A DNA stretch of 64,000 nucleotides from Dendrobates tinctorius (Eukaryota), in the NCBI RefSeq assembly GCF_039654945.1, contig NW_027361870.1:27156001-27220000 (forward strand), read 5' to 3'. Below the pieces are notes generated by a model. The model had not been told where the DNA came from and did no database searches. It saw only the letters and a list, made by a program, of their open reading frames with translations. This document shows positions 24,490-37,925 of the stretch, piece after piece (the stretch's first letter is position 1; every line of letters begins with the position of its first letter). A program made the position numbers and the translations under genes.

Positions 24490-25325
24490 GGCTATGTGCC
24501 CACCGCACTCCTTCCCAGAAATTGCGCATTTTTTCCGCGCGCTTTCACCGCGATGATCGCGATTTTGCCGCGATTTTCGCGTGTGATATTCAAGCACTTT
24601 CCAAGCGATTTGAAGCATCGCTTGGAAAGTGATTGACAGGTTGGTCACACTCGTCAAACATAGTGTTTGACAAGTGTGACCAGGTTTTTACTATTGAGGC
24701 TGCCTATGCGGCATCAATAGTAAAAGATAGAATGTTAAAATGCTAAAAAAATAAAAAATAAAAAAATCGGGGTATATTTACCTTCCGGCGTCCCGCGCTG
24801 CATTCCCGGGCCTCGGCGTTCACAGTAATGCCTTGCGAGACCTGTGATGATGTAGTCTCGCGTTGCTATAGCGATCTCGCAAGACCGCTAGAGTCATGCG
24901 AGACTACGTCATTACAGGGCCTTGCCGCAAGGCATTACTGGGAACGCTAGGCCGGGAATGCAGCGCGGGACATCGGAAGGTAAATATACCCCGATTTCTC
25001 CTCTCCTCCACACCGTGGGTACCAACCGCACATGAGACGCTTAACTTCCCGCATGGTGGGCATAGCCACATGCGGGAAGTAAGCGATTCTCATGCATTCC
25101 TATGGGTGCGGAATCGCGGCAATTCTTTGCGATTCCGCACAAAAGAATGAGCATGCTGCGTTTTTCCGCGATGCGATTCCGCCGCGGAAAAAAGCGCAGC
25201 ATTAGCACAGCATGTGCGGAATGCCATAGGAATACATGGGGGGCGTTCTGTACACGATTTTTAAACGTTTTCACGCCGAAAATCGCGGCAAAAACGCTTA
25301 AAAATCGCTACGTGGGCACACAGCC
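24490..25325. mobile_element. Harbinger-type non-autonomous element, 836 bp, with CpG-rich internal palindrome (~24765-24995)
   Basis: TIRs GGCTATGTGCCCAC / GTGGGCACACAGCC, flanked by TGA / TAA. The internal arm ATCGGGGTATATTTACCTTCCG is mirrored by CGGAAGGTAAATATACCCCGAT. Confidence 0.8.
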
Positions 25326-25376
25326 TAAAGCAGCGTCGATGCCAGCTTTGCAATCTTCTTTGCTCTATTGTGCACC

Positions 25377-25973
25377 TGTCATGTCGGACACGGTTCGCAC
25401 CAGGTTGTCCGGCAGACAGCGTTAATACCCCATCCTACCACTTTGTTCTCAGCGGCGCCGGTTGGTCTTCGGATCCGGCTTGGATTGGGTGAACCAGGTT
25501 GTTAGTCTGGGTGAGGGCTTAGCCACGCCCCCTGCCTATATATTGTTCTGCGTGACTATGGGCGTCGCCGACTATAGCTCTCGTCTTGCTAGCGTTACAG
25601 GTCTGAAGGGGGCGTCTTAGGAGCATACAATATCTGGTGTAGTATATTCCGTTGTTGCCATTTTGCCTCCCTGTGTTATATTTTTTAGTTGCCCTTGCAC
25701 CTTATTGTTTTCTCTTGTGTGTACGCGGTGTGGTGAGTTTCCCTTACCCTTGTCCATACTTATTTGTGGGGTCTGGTGTTTGGTCTCTTCACTGGGAGGA
25801 GGGTGGTGGGTTCAGCTTAGGGCTGGACAGGAGACAAGGACAGGGTGGAGGCCCAGGCAGGCGCACCTTCAGTGTAAACCCTGGGTTGAGGGAAAGTCAG
25901 GGTTTCCTCTAGTCTGAGGGACTCCGCAGGGGCCCCGGGGTTCAGCCTAGAGTTACCCAAGCTTCCCGTGACA
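25377..25973 (+). repeat. 5' LTR (597 bp)
   Basis: Near-identical to 30171-30768. TATA-like CCTATATATT at about 25535. Confidence 0.95.
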
Positions 25974-26000
25974 TTATAGTTGGCCCAAGAATTAGTTACC

Positions 26001-26864
26001 ATGGATCCTATAGTCTCCATAACCAAACAGCTGGAGGCTCCGTCCTTACAGGTCACTGAACTGAGGGGGGCGGTCCAGCAACAAGGCCTGTCAGTTCCTG
26101 CTGTACAAACTGAGGCAGCAGTCAGGGCAGCTGAACCCAAGTTGCCTCTCCCTGAACGATTTTCTGGTGATCGCTGTAAGTTCGTTGTATTTCGTGAATC
26201 CTGCAAATTGTATTTTCGCATGCGTCCACTCTCCTCAGGAAATGAGGCTCAGCGTGTGGGCTTGGTAAGTTCCTTGCTGAGTGGTGATCCACAAGCATGG
26301 GCCTTTTCACTACCTTCTGATTCACCTGCATTTGAGTCCGTAGACTTTTTTTTTTTCTGCTCTTGGTTTAATCTATGACGATCCTGACAGACTGGCGTTA
26401 GCAGAATCTAAAATACTCTCTCTGCTCCAGGGTGAGCGGCTGGCGGAGGATTACTGTACTGAATTTCGTCGCTGGGCTGTGGACACTCAGTGGAATGACC
26501 CTGCACTAAGGAGTCAATTTTTGCATGGGGTTTCTGGAAGGGTTAAACAGTTAATGTTAATGTATGAGACTCCCGCCTCTCTGGAGGCTGCTATGGTGCT
26601 TGTAGTACGCAGTGATCGCCGCTTTTGTCAGAGTTCGCAGGAGACATTTCCTGTGGGGAGGGGGGCAGTTTTTGGTGAGGCTACTTCGGGTGAATCCGTT
26701 GAGCCTATGCAGATCGCTGGTATATCACATTCACAAAGTAACAAGCATAAATGTCCCTTGCCCAGAAAGCAAGGGGTTTGGTTTTTTTTTGTGGCAAGAA
26801 AGGACATTTTATTAATGCCTGCCGGCTGGTACCTAAGAAGGACGCGCCGGCGGAAAACTGCTAG
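26001..26864 (+). pseudogene. Gypsy gag pseudogene (PEG10/RTL1-like capsid plus CCHC zinc knuckle), frameshifted at poly-T tracts
   Basis: MDPIVSITKQL...EPKLPLPERFSGD, WNDPALRSQFLHG, EPMQI and knuckle remnant CGKKGHFINAC (from 26790). Stop TAG at 26862-26864. Confidence 0.9.
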
Positions 26865-29800
26865 GCTCAGAGGGTTTGGAGGAGTCTAATCTGAGCCTTT
26901 GCATTGCATATCCTCCATGCTGGTCTCCCAGTGTATGCTCCCTGCCAAGGTAGTAGTCGGGGGCCAAGAGCTGTCGATTACTGTATTCGTTGATAGTGGT
27001 TCAGCTGCAAATCTCATTGATGAGAGATTCGCACGGACAGTGGGATTGAAGGTGGAGAAGCTGCCTAATCCTATCCGGGTGGTTACCATCAATGCCTCCC
27101 CACTCTCACAAGGGGAGATTAAAGAGTTTGTGGCTGATGTACAACTCCACATTGGGGTCTTACACTCTGAGCGGGTAACATGTAAGGTGCTCAGTAATTT
27201 ACCTGCTCAGGTAGTTCTGGGGTTTCCATGGTTGTCTATGCACAATCCGGTGATTGATTGGAAAACCCAGGACATAATTCAGTGGAGCAGAGATTGCCAG
27301 GAGAGTTGTCTTGCCACTTGTATTTCCGCGGTGACTCCCAGCATCCCGGAGCCACTGCTGGACTTTGCTGATGTATTTTCTGAAAAGGGTTGTTCAGAGC
27401 TGCCACCGCACCGAACCCATGACTGTGCTATTAGGTTAAAACCGGGATCCAAGTTACCGAAATCCCGGATGTTTAATATCTCAGGTCCGGAGAGGCAAGC
27501 TCTCAAAGAATACATTGCAGAAAGTCTAAGCAAAGGGCACATTAGACCTTCATCATCTCCATTGGCGGCGGGGTTCTTCTTTGTCAAGAAGAAAGATGGC
27601 GGATTACGCCCATGTCTGGATTTTAGGGAACTCAACCAGATTACGGTTCGTTACCCATACCTGATGCCACTCATACCCGATTTGTTCAACCAGGTGTCTG
27701 GTGCCAAATGGTTTTCCAAACTTGACCTCAGGGAGGCGTACAATCTCATAAGAGTCCGTCAAGGGGATGAATGAAAGACGGCATTTAATACCCCTGAGGG
27801 TCATTTTGAGAATTTGGTGATGCCATTTGGGTTGACTAGTGCGCCAGCAGTATATCAACATTTCATAAATGATGTCTTTTCTCATCTTTTGGGGAAATTT
27901 GTTATCATATACTTCAATGACATTCTTGTTTACTCACGCGACCGTGATACACACATAGAGCATGTTAGGCAGGTATTACAGTTGCTCAGAGAGAACAAGC
28001 TCTATGCCAAGCTTGAGAAATTTGTATTTGTCATCCAAGAATTACCTTTTTTGGGTTATGTTATTTCCGCCTCAGGGTTTAAAATCGACACCGCTAAGGT
28101 GCAAGCGGTGCTGTAGTGGGATCGGCCTGATAATCTCAAGGCGCTTCAGCGGTTTCTAGGCTTTTCCAACTATTATAGGAAATTTATTAAGAATTTTTCT
28201 ATAATTGCTAAACCGCTCACCGACATGACTAAAAGAGGTACTAATTTTTCTGACTGGTCTGAGGCGGCGGTGCGCGCGTTTGAATTCCTCAAAAACAGTT
28301 TTGCTTCAGCGCCCATCCTGGTTCAGCCTGATGTCTCCCTACCATTTACCGCGGAGGTGGATGCATCTGAGGTGGGAGTGGGGGCGGTACTGTCTCAGCG
28401 CCCATCCTTGGGCAAATTGCATCCGTGTGCCTATTTCTCCAAGAAGATGTCGCATGCTGAGCGTAATTATGATACTGGTAACAGGGAATTGTTGGCCATC
28501 AAGTTGGCATTTGAGGAATGGCGACACTTCTTGGAGGGGGCTGTGTATCAGATTACTGTTATTACAGACCATAAAAATCTGCTTTATTTAGAGTCTGCTA
28601 AACGCCTGTCCCCCAGACAGGTTCGCTGGGCGTTATTCTTCACCCGGTTCAATTTTTTTTGTGACCTACCGACCAGGTTCTAAGAATACTAAGGCGGACG
28701 CCATGTCCAGATGTTTTTCGGGGGGAGAGCCATGCGAGGAGCCGGTGCCTATCCTCCAAAAGGGTGTTGTAGTCTCGGCTATTACGACAGAAGTGGAGGC
28801 AGAGATTGCTGAGGCTCAGGAGGAGGTACCGCCGGGTCTGCCTCCTAATAAATAGTTTGTGCCACTACACCTACGCTTAAAAGTGTTAGGGGAACATCAC
28901 GATACTGTCCTGGCAGGCCACCTCTGGAACTTGTATCACGTCGTTTTTGGTGGCCCAAAATCCAGCAGGACGTGGCCTCATATGTGTCTGCCTGTACCAC
29001 GTGCGCACGGGCCAAGACACCACGTTCCCATCCTACTGGCATGTTGCATCCTCTCTGTGTCCCCAGTAAGGTATGGACTGAGATTTCCTTGGATTTCATT
29101 ACGGATTTGTCCTCCTCGGCTGGGAACACGAACATTCTGCTAATAGTTGATCGGTTCTCTAAAATGTCGCATTTCGTTGCTTTGCCATCTTTGCCCAATG
29201 CGAAGACCCTTGCTCAGGTATTTATTCGCGAGGTGGTCAGACTTCATGGTGTCCCATCTGACACTGTATCTGATAGAGGTACACAATTTGTGGCAAAATT
29301 TTGGAGAGCGTTTTGTTCACATCTAGGGATCAAATTGTCTCATTCTTCGGCTTCCATCCTCAGTCGAATGGGCAGACTGAGCGTATGAACCAAAACCTGG
29401 AACAATACTTACGCTGTTTTGTGTCTGACAATCAGGAAGAGTGGTCGGCGTTTCTTCCTCTGGCTGAATTCGCGATAAACAATCATTGTCAGGAATCGTC
29501 TGGGGAATCTCCTTTTTTTTGTATTTATGGTCAACATCCCCATTTCTGTACCTTGCGCCAGGGGTGCTCGGTTGGCGTCCCTGAGGAGGACCAGTTGGGA
29601 GCACAATTGTCATCCGTTTGGAGGAGAGTAAAGCAGCGCTTGCTGAGTGTAGGGTCTAAGTATAGACGTGTGGCTGACCGTAAACGTGTGCCAGGTCCGG
29701 ACCTGTGTGTGGGTGATTGGGTATGGTTGTCTACAAGGAACATCAAACTCAAATTACCATCGCTTAAGTTGGGTCCCAGGTTCATTGGTCCGTTTAGGAT

Positions 29801-30137
29801 CTCCGCAATTGTCAACCCTGTGGCATTTCGTTTGGAGTTACCTGCCGTATACAAGATACATAATGTGTTTCACAAGGCGTTACTTAAAAAGGTCGTGGGT
29901 TCTGTGGATGTTTCTCCCGTGCCACTGCCTCCCGTCTTGGTGGAGGGCACGTTGGAGTTCGAGGTGTCCAAGGTGGTTGACTCTCGGGTAGTGCGTCGCA
30001 CTCTACTGTACCTGGTTCACTGGCGTGGCTATGGTCCGGAGGAGAGAGCTTGGGTGCCGGCTTCGGACATACACGCAGACCGACTGGTTACGATGTTTCA
30101 TCGCCGTCATCCGGACAAGCCAGGCCCTCGTCATTGA
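26858..30137 (+). pseudogene. Gypsy pol pseudogene: protease, RT, RNase H, integrase, chromodomain
   Basis: Protease FVDSGS. RT motifs FFVKKKDGGLRPCLDFRELN, KLDLREAY, VMPFGL and YFND (for YLDD). RNase H VDAS...TDHKNL. Integrase HHCC, SLDFIT, SDRGTQF and FHPQSNGQTER. GPF motif, then chromodomain FEVSKVVDSR...YLVHWRGYGPEERAWVP. Several stops and frameshifts. Confidence 0.95.
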
Positions 30138-30170
30138 GGTTCCTGGGGTCCCTCATAGAAGGAGGGGTAG

Positions 30171-30768
30171 TGTCATGTCGGACACGGTTCGCACCAGGTT
30201 GTCCGGCAGACAGCGGTAATACCCCATCCTACCACTTTGTTCTCAGCGGCGCCGGTTGGTCTTCGGATCCGGCTTGGATTGGGTGAACCAGGTTGTTAGT
30301 CTGGGTGAGGGCTTAGCCACGCCCCCTGCCTATATATTGTCCTGCGTGACTATGGGCGTCGCCGACTATAGCTCTGGTCTTGCTAGCGTTACCGGTCTGA
30401 CGGGGGCGTCTTAGGAGCATACAATATCTGGTGTAGTATATTCCGTTGTTGCCATTATTTCCTCCCTGCGTGGTATTATTTGGCTGCCCTTGCACCTTAT
30501 TGTTTTCTCTTGTGTGTACGCGGTGTGGTGCCTTTCCCTTACCCTTGTCCATACTTATTTGTGGGGTCTGGCTTTTGGTCTCTTCACTGGGTGGAGGGTG
30601 GTGGGTTCAGCTTAGGGCTGGACAGGAGACAAGGACAGGGTGGAGGCCCAGGCAGGCACACCTTCAGTGTAAACCCTGGGTTGAGGGAAAGTCAGGGTTT
30701 CCTCTAGTCTGAGGGACACCGCAGGGGCCCCGGGGTTCAGCCTAGAGTTACCTAAGCTTCCCATGACA
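30171..30768 (+). repeat. 3' LTR (598 bp)
   Basis: Near-identical to the 5' LTR and followed by TSD GCACC. Confidence 0.95.
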
Positions 30769-33700
30769 GCACCACATCTCCAGGCTTTTCATCAAAGGCT
30801 CTGGAGGTCACTGCGCATTATAAGGACATACTGCACATCGTGACGTCACAACCTTGCTACACATGGTGACCTCGGGGTCTGGATGTGGCTGGAAGTCCTG
30901 GCATTTAATGAAGATGTGGAGCACTGGAGGAAACAAGAGCACCGGACGCAGTGGTTGGCCTGGAGTGGTTAACGATGAGTATATTTTTGGGTTTTTTAAA
31001 CATCTGAGGTTCGCAACTAGCTTTTTGACTCTCGTTTTTTACGAAGGTTGTTTTATGATGAGGATTACAGCATTACAGTCCTTTCCCCAAGCACAAGCCT
31101 TTTTATGCAGTGTTGCCTCGTATAACCCCTAGTTACAAACAAGTCGGATCTTCGTATGTTGGGGGCTGCCTTGTACTTCAATATTCCTATGTATAGACAG
31201 AAACAGAAATAAATTGAAAGCTTTTATATTCCTGTGAGCCACTGAAGAACTTCTGAGGACTACTTCTGTCTTACCCCTCTCATGGAGGCTTATATCCCTC
31301 ATGAGACCAAAGGATTGGGAATGCTGAAATCCAACATGCTCAATACTTCTCAATCTGCTCACCAAACATTTGCCATGATGGGAGTTAGGATAGCCCCATA
31401 CACATTAGAAAATAAAAATGGGCAGGAGGGGCACACCGACGCCTCATGATTCAAGTCCTTGGTCTTGTCTATGGGTTCCTTGATTTGACCAACTTATGCT
31501 AATATTTCACACAGCAGGACACAGATGAAAGGGGCAAGGAGAAGAGTGTATGTAAAATATACCTAAAAGGTCATCTATTATCAACATTACATATAAATAA
31601 AAGTCAAGAATTTAGGTCACAAACAGATACCATAAAGGAATATATTTTGACTGGCTACAAAAGCAAAGAGTTTCCTTACATCTGTTTCCCATGTCTACGT
31701 CCATAAGGAAATGGTGTTTGAGAAAATGTTACCCTGACTGAAATCTGAATCCATCACATCTTTGTGACTAACCAAGTGAAAAGGAACACCGTCCATTACA
31801 TTCAGATACCAAAATGGCTTCTCTCAGAGATTGAGCACTAGGCTTTGTGTTCTGTATATCACATTATTGTACAGATTGTGGAGTTTAAGCTGAAACTTAG
31901 GAGGTATGGAACCATTGATGTTCCTGGATGTGTTCATCGTCAGGAATCTGAGGCTGATCCTTGGTTTTCTGCTGCGATTGTAAAACTATAAGTGTGGAAA
32001 TTCCTTTCTGGAATCCCCGTTCACATAGATGGGATCTATACAAGTAGCAGTAGCCTACCAGCCACATATGGATCTGCCATGAGTGTCTTAGAATACATAG
32101 AATGGTTTGTAGCTTCCATAAAGTGTCAAAAAAGCTTGTCTTGTCTGAACGTGTGGCCAGATACTATAATATCGGTAGCATAAGGGGGGGTCCTGTTATA
32201 TTACCCAGATCAAAGAGCAGAATCAAAGAGTATATGCTTCTTGTGTGGACACAGTGTGACCAGGTATGGCAGTCATAATACCACAAATGTGTAGCTGCCA
32301 AAAGAGTACCTCAGCTGAGGGGGTTAATGTTGGTAGAGGCACAGTGTATGGTTTAGCACCAGCAGACTTTTCTCCGAAGACATACTCCATATCTGTTGAA
32401 TGGAGCTTGATGATCCAGAACACAGTCTAAACCTGATGGTCCCCATAATAGATAAATGCGGCAACTGATGGACTACTCTTGTCGTGAGATGGATCCTGCA
32501 CTCTGACATGGTTCATGCTTCTGATGGAAACTAATGCTGGCCATACACATTATCCATCTCTCCTGACTCCCACCATACACGGGGACGCTCGGCTCTGCTT
32601 GTTTTCTCTAGGACAGTTCCACATGTATAAATCATCTGGCAGAGGCTTATCTCCACACCGAACACAAGGATCAGTCGGGAGACCCCCTACGCATTAGACT
32701 ATGTGGATACTGCAGAAAATGCTGGGTTTTGGATGATTTCTATCTATTGTGTATGGGGACTTTAAGACACAGATGTAAACTCCAAGTGTCAAAATCTGAG
32801 TACAATGCACCCCAATAACTCACTCGCCATATATCTGGCTTAAAGGGATTCACAATGCAAAATTGGAGGTCACCAGAATGCTTCTCAGACTAGGAACGTA
32901 GCCCGGTAGGCTCTGCATGGTCATGGTTTTGACTTTCCAGTAGAGCGACCATTTTAGTTCATGAAAGAAAATTATAGATAGTTTTGACAACACACAGATC
33001 CCCATTCCTCCAATTCCTGGAGGGGCCTTGGAGGAATACTAGCGTCATCAGGTACTCATCACTACCTACTATGCTAAGGATAAAGAAAGATAAAAAAAAT
33101 CTGATGAAATATAAGTGAACAGTTTGCATCCCAGACATCACTACAAGATCCCAGGTATTTTTTTTCCAGGTCTACGAGCAAGTAAATCAAAGTAGGGGTC
33201 CTGCGAGCGCTCATGGCACAACCGCGGACTAGTGGCCTGCAAACAGCACTTCTAGTTCAGTCTCCATGTTCGCGCTCCAGATGCGATCGCCCCAAGGATG
33301 GTAAACTGATTAACTGTACAGTGAGACAGACATCTGCTAATGTGGGTAGTGTGGTTTAATGTTCCTCTCCTGTATCAAGTGAATCCTTCAGATGTCCTTC
33401 TCGTCTGACCTTCTCTCATGCACTCAGCGCCGCAGCACGCTCGTTCATTATTCAGCAGCATCCCTCTGGCCTTGTGTCCACAGCTAAGATGATTTTCTCT
33501 TAAATCAATGCATTTCCACATAGCACTAAAGCCCGGATCAGACACGTGCTCAGCTAGGAAACACACGTCCATAGACACTTTGTGAATAAGGATGCAAATT
33601 GTCTCCGTCTGAACGTAGGAGAGAAATGTGGAAATATATTGTGCAATTCTAATGTTTTATTTTCACATTTGGCATATACACCAAGTATATTGGCCCTAAT

Positions 33701-36700
33701 TCACCCAAGCTGAAGGAATACACCAGACGAATATATTTAATGAAAAGGTTCAAGTGGCACAAGATCAATGTTTTTCTCGGATAACATTCATACCCACGAC
33801 AGTCTATGGAGCATTTTATATGTCCGATTTATTCCTCAGACCACGTGATCTGCACAAAACAAAGAAGACATGTCAGGTATTGATCAGAGCATCAGATCAA
33901 AACCACAAGTCTATGGATCAGCGAAGAAAAAAAACAGACCGCACTCGAATGCCATCTGCGCACGTTTTGTTTTTCGCCGACTATTTGATGCAATTTTCTC
34001 AAAATTCTCCCATCATTTTTTTTTTCCCCACCGGAGAAATGGATTTGTTAACCAAAAACTGATGGTAAAAAACCCTGACACTGACCAAACCTGCTGGCAT
34101 TCTGATCAAAAATACTGATGAAACTCAGACTTTTTTTTTTTTGCATAGGAGAAACAACACTCATCTGAAGGAGCTCTTATTCTACACCGATCATACATCC
34201 ACAAGACGACTGGCTGGGACGATACATACAGGCCTTAGCAGGGATGTCTGCTGCAATCATGTGGATCTATATAGCACATGATTGCTGCTGCAAAGTAAAC
34301 CAAGGGCGGCAGGGACCACCAGAAAAGTGATGCCGAGCATTGGTGCGTAATTGTTGGTTTTAGAATTACTATTAAATCACATTCTTCGCCCTTAAAAATA
34401 TTTTGTATCAAAATAAATACAAGAAACTCCTTAATCTGAAACCTGAATGAATCGTGCACAAACAATGCCATTACTCTCCATGCAAGAGGTCCATGTGGAT
34501 CCTCACTATAGATTGATCCATACTAACGACTCCCTTATTCTATTCATTTCTAATTTGTGGCTCTAATGTACCGGCGTGTATAACGCCATTAATCAGCAGG
34601 AGCTAGACAACACGCACTTAGGCTTTCCAGTACTACGGCTCTGATGACCTACTCTTACCGGGGATGTGTCCGCTCTCCTGACACGTCTGGTTTAGCAAAA
34701 AGCCTTGAAAAAAACTTGTGCTGTTCCCATTATTCCTAGCAAAAAATTATGGTTAAAATGACAAGTGGGTGTTACCATTTGGGGACATGTCCATACAGTG
34801 CTGACAATTATGGTGTACAGTGTAGGGACACAGGACTGACAATGAGAAAGGTAACACCCAGATACCAACTTATTCATACATTCACCCAAATATCAGCTAC
34901 TATCTGAAAAAGCTACGGCTGAATGAAAACCATGTAATTGAGCTGGAACAGCACAGCATTGATTGCGTAAACAGTGTACAGTGCTGGAACAGCACTGCCC
35001 CATATACTGTGTAGGGTCCGCTCCCAGGTGCTACAGATCAGCTCACAAATGTAACAGTAGACACGAATAAAGGCAGATTATAAAAATCTTAGTGTCGCAT
35101 AGGTTTACTTTGCAGAAATAACCCTCAGACATTTCTCAGACACAGACTTAATCTGCTGGCATATTAGTAGCAGTGAAAGCAGACACAGGTTGTAGTCTGT
35201 TAAGCATAACTGACCTGGTTCTTAAGATGACCAAAAGACTTTCGATAGCTGTGTGTCAAGTAAAGCTGATGCCCATTACTCCCTATACACATGCATACTC
35301 AGCCCAGGCAATCATGCAAATGTTCTCAATGGTGACCAAGGGTGTCTATACACATAAAACACTTCCACCACCATCATCATCTACCCCATTTACATGCACA
35401 ATTGATTTGAAAGAGCATGTGGGTAGGAATAGGTTCATCTTCAAAAGAGTTAGGCTCAAGAAAAATATGCTGGACTCTAATCCGACCCCTTCGGCCCCCA
35501 CCTCTAGCATCGAAGAGTCAGGATACTCCTCCATACACAGTACATGAATTGGTTCTCTGGTCCTGCTAAAATTCGCAGGTTTCACCAACATTAATTTAAT
35601 ACGTATGGGCAACTTTGAAGTAATTTTTTAAGCTGATTAGTCAACAGATTTCATCATACAAACCACGTACATTATTAAATAGTTCTCAGACCTGATGAGG
35701 CTGGTGTATTTATTTTCAAAATCCATGTCAGAATGGCTGTGTAATCTTTTGTGAAGTTAATTTTTTAGGTCTGAACCATTTACTAAATGTTTGCATGGTG
35801 AAATCGGGAGACAGATCTGCTTGAACGTTCATTTCCATAGATACATCACAGTTCTCATCTAAACCAACTTATGCCAATTACGATTGGCCACAACATCAAA
35901 TCAGCTAAACATAGGAAAAAAATGCACTTAAGCGCCACACACTGAAATATCTTCAGAGTCCTCAGTGAAGACAATGACCATCAAGAAGCTCAGAATACAG
36001 GGAGGGAGCGGCCGGGAAGACATCCTGTTTATCTCCGGAGGGTTTGGACAGCCATGAGAATGACGACTGAAGGAAATACTCCAATAATAAAAGGGGCTAC
36101 ATGGAGGAAACTGGCCCCTCCGACTCATGAACGGGGAACATGTGAAAGGAGACTTCAGAGGCCACCCACTCAACATTTCCTCTACCTAAGGGAATGCAAC
36201 CAAAATACCGGATTCCGCCCCGGAGAGCGCAGTCACAGAGATAAGGAGACATTTGTCTCCCTTTTGTTTAAATGCAATCTGTTGATAAAAATATATTTGC
36301 ACGGGATGTGCACTGAGACGACCGATAATCCATACCACATATGTGCTTTGAAATACATTTCAGAGAGTCACTCCGCTGCCAAGAAATTATAATTACACCG
36401 TCCCATGTAATTTCTCCCAGTAGTGACAACATGATAAGAGGCAATAATTCCATCTAAGCGTTCGCACTGGGTGGGGCCACATTTAAAAAAAAAAAAAAAA
36501 AATACATGAAAGGAGCAGAAAAAAAAAAAATGTTTTTTAATCCGATTTCAAACCTTATTTTTCTACTTATGCTTCACTGCAAAACTTGTAATCCAAGCCT
36601 TTTGATCATGGGATAACAGAGAAGCTGTGGAAAGAAGAGGACAGTATACGGGGCTCACACACAACTATTCTCCATGCTTCCAACCACAGGGGGAACAAGT

Positions 36701-36820
36701 ATTAGGATAATGGAAACACTCACTGGGTTTATAGTGGAGAAGAAATCTCTAAAAGGCTGAAAATTAAAGACCAGCTCCAGTAAAGGCAATATATTGTGAT
36801 ATGTCTAATGCAGAACTGTG

Positions 36821-37116
36821 AGGGGTTTTCTGGTTCTGAAAAACCCCTGTTACCCCGCTGCAGTTTGTATTAAACAAATGGTGCATTACTCACCCTCCTC
36901 GGGTCCATTACATCAGGAACAGTGCAGCCAGTAACTGAGCTCAGGGGCTCAGCCCAAATTGACAGCGAGAGCCACTGAACCCACAAATTTGGAGGTGGCA
37001 TTATTAACATCTGCACTGCACATATAACAGACAGCAGCAGAGACTCCGCAATGGACCCAGGGAGGGTGAGTACAGAATCCGAGGGACCAGGAATTTTCTG
37101 AAACCGGAAAACCCAT
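36821..37116. mobile_element. Degraded palindromic TTAA-type MITE
   Basis: Inverted ends AGGGGTTTTCTGGTT / AACCGGAAAACCCAT. Internal TACTCACCCTCCTCGGGTCCATT is mirrored by AATGGACCCAGGGAGGGTGAGTA. Confidence 0.55.
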
Positions 37117-37529
37117 TTGAAAAGGTTCTCCCCTTTCAGAAAACTTGCTTTCAAATAAACCAAATATTACATACCTTTGAAAAGGTCTAGTGCTGGGTCT
37201 CCGCCATTGCACCGGTCTGGGTCTGCAGTGCAACAGTCACGTCAACAGCTCTGCAGCCAATCAGTGAACTCAGCAGCTCACGCCATCTACACAGGGAGAG
37301 CAACTGAGCTAACTTTTGTTTTTATGGCTATTGCAGTTTATGAAATAAGAGTTTTCAATCTAGGAGATCCATGGCCGGTTGGTGCATTGCGGTCCACACA
37401 ACATGGATCTGTAAATCTAGCCTTGAAGTCGACCAAAGATCAGTCAGTCTGCCCCTTCTGGTCCAGCACTAGGCATAATACAGTGATGCCGTTTTACTAA
37501 AACAGTCTAACCTATCAGTGGCAACTTAA

Positions 37530-37922
37530 AGGGAATCTGTCAGCAGGTTTTGCTATGTAATCTGAGGACAGCATGATGTTGGTTGTTTAGCACTGAATTC
37601 AGCTGTGTAACTTATCAGGCGGCTCGCTGCCGTTTACTTACCATTATGGTTTTATTACCTGAAGACTATCACTGCCTGGACTAAATCTCACACATTGGCT
37701 GGTCTTACCACACCCCTCCTGTGATTAGCAGCTGTCAACATACAACGCACACACAGAGCCTTGTGGGGTCTGGGGCAGTTTTCTGAGCTCTCATACATCT
37801 AAAAACTCTGTTATAACCTCTGCACCCAGTAAATAAAGCGACACATCACTGGAATTGGGGTCTCTTTTCCTAAATTATGCTGCTCTCAGATGAAGTAGTA
37901 AAAGCCTGGTGACAGAGTCCCT
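37530..37922. mobile_element. Kolobok/T2-type MITE (TTAA target)
   Basis: TTAA|AGGGAATCTGTCAGCAGG ... CCTGGTGACAGAGTCCCT|TTA. Confidence 0.8.
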
Positions 37923-37925
37923 TTA

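Larger units (their letters stand above)
25377..30768 (+). mobile_element. Full-length but defective Ty3/Gypsy chromovirus (sushi-like) LTR retrotransposon
   Basis: LTRs at 25377-25973 and 30171-30768 (TGTCATG...TGACA). 5-bp TSD GCACC at 25372-25376 and 30769-30773. Polypurine tract AGAAGGAGGGG just before the 3' LTR. Domain order gag-PR-RT-RH-IN-chromodomain. Confidence 0.97.

Noticed and set aside
35928-36392. Possible retroelement 3' fragment or small gene
   Set aside because: No motif, TSD or splice structure could be supported, so it is left unassigned.
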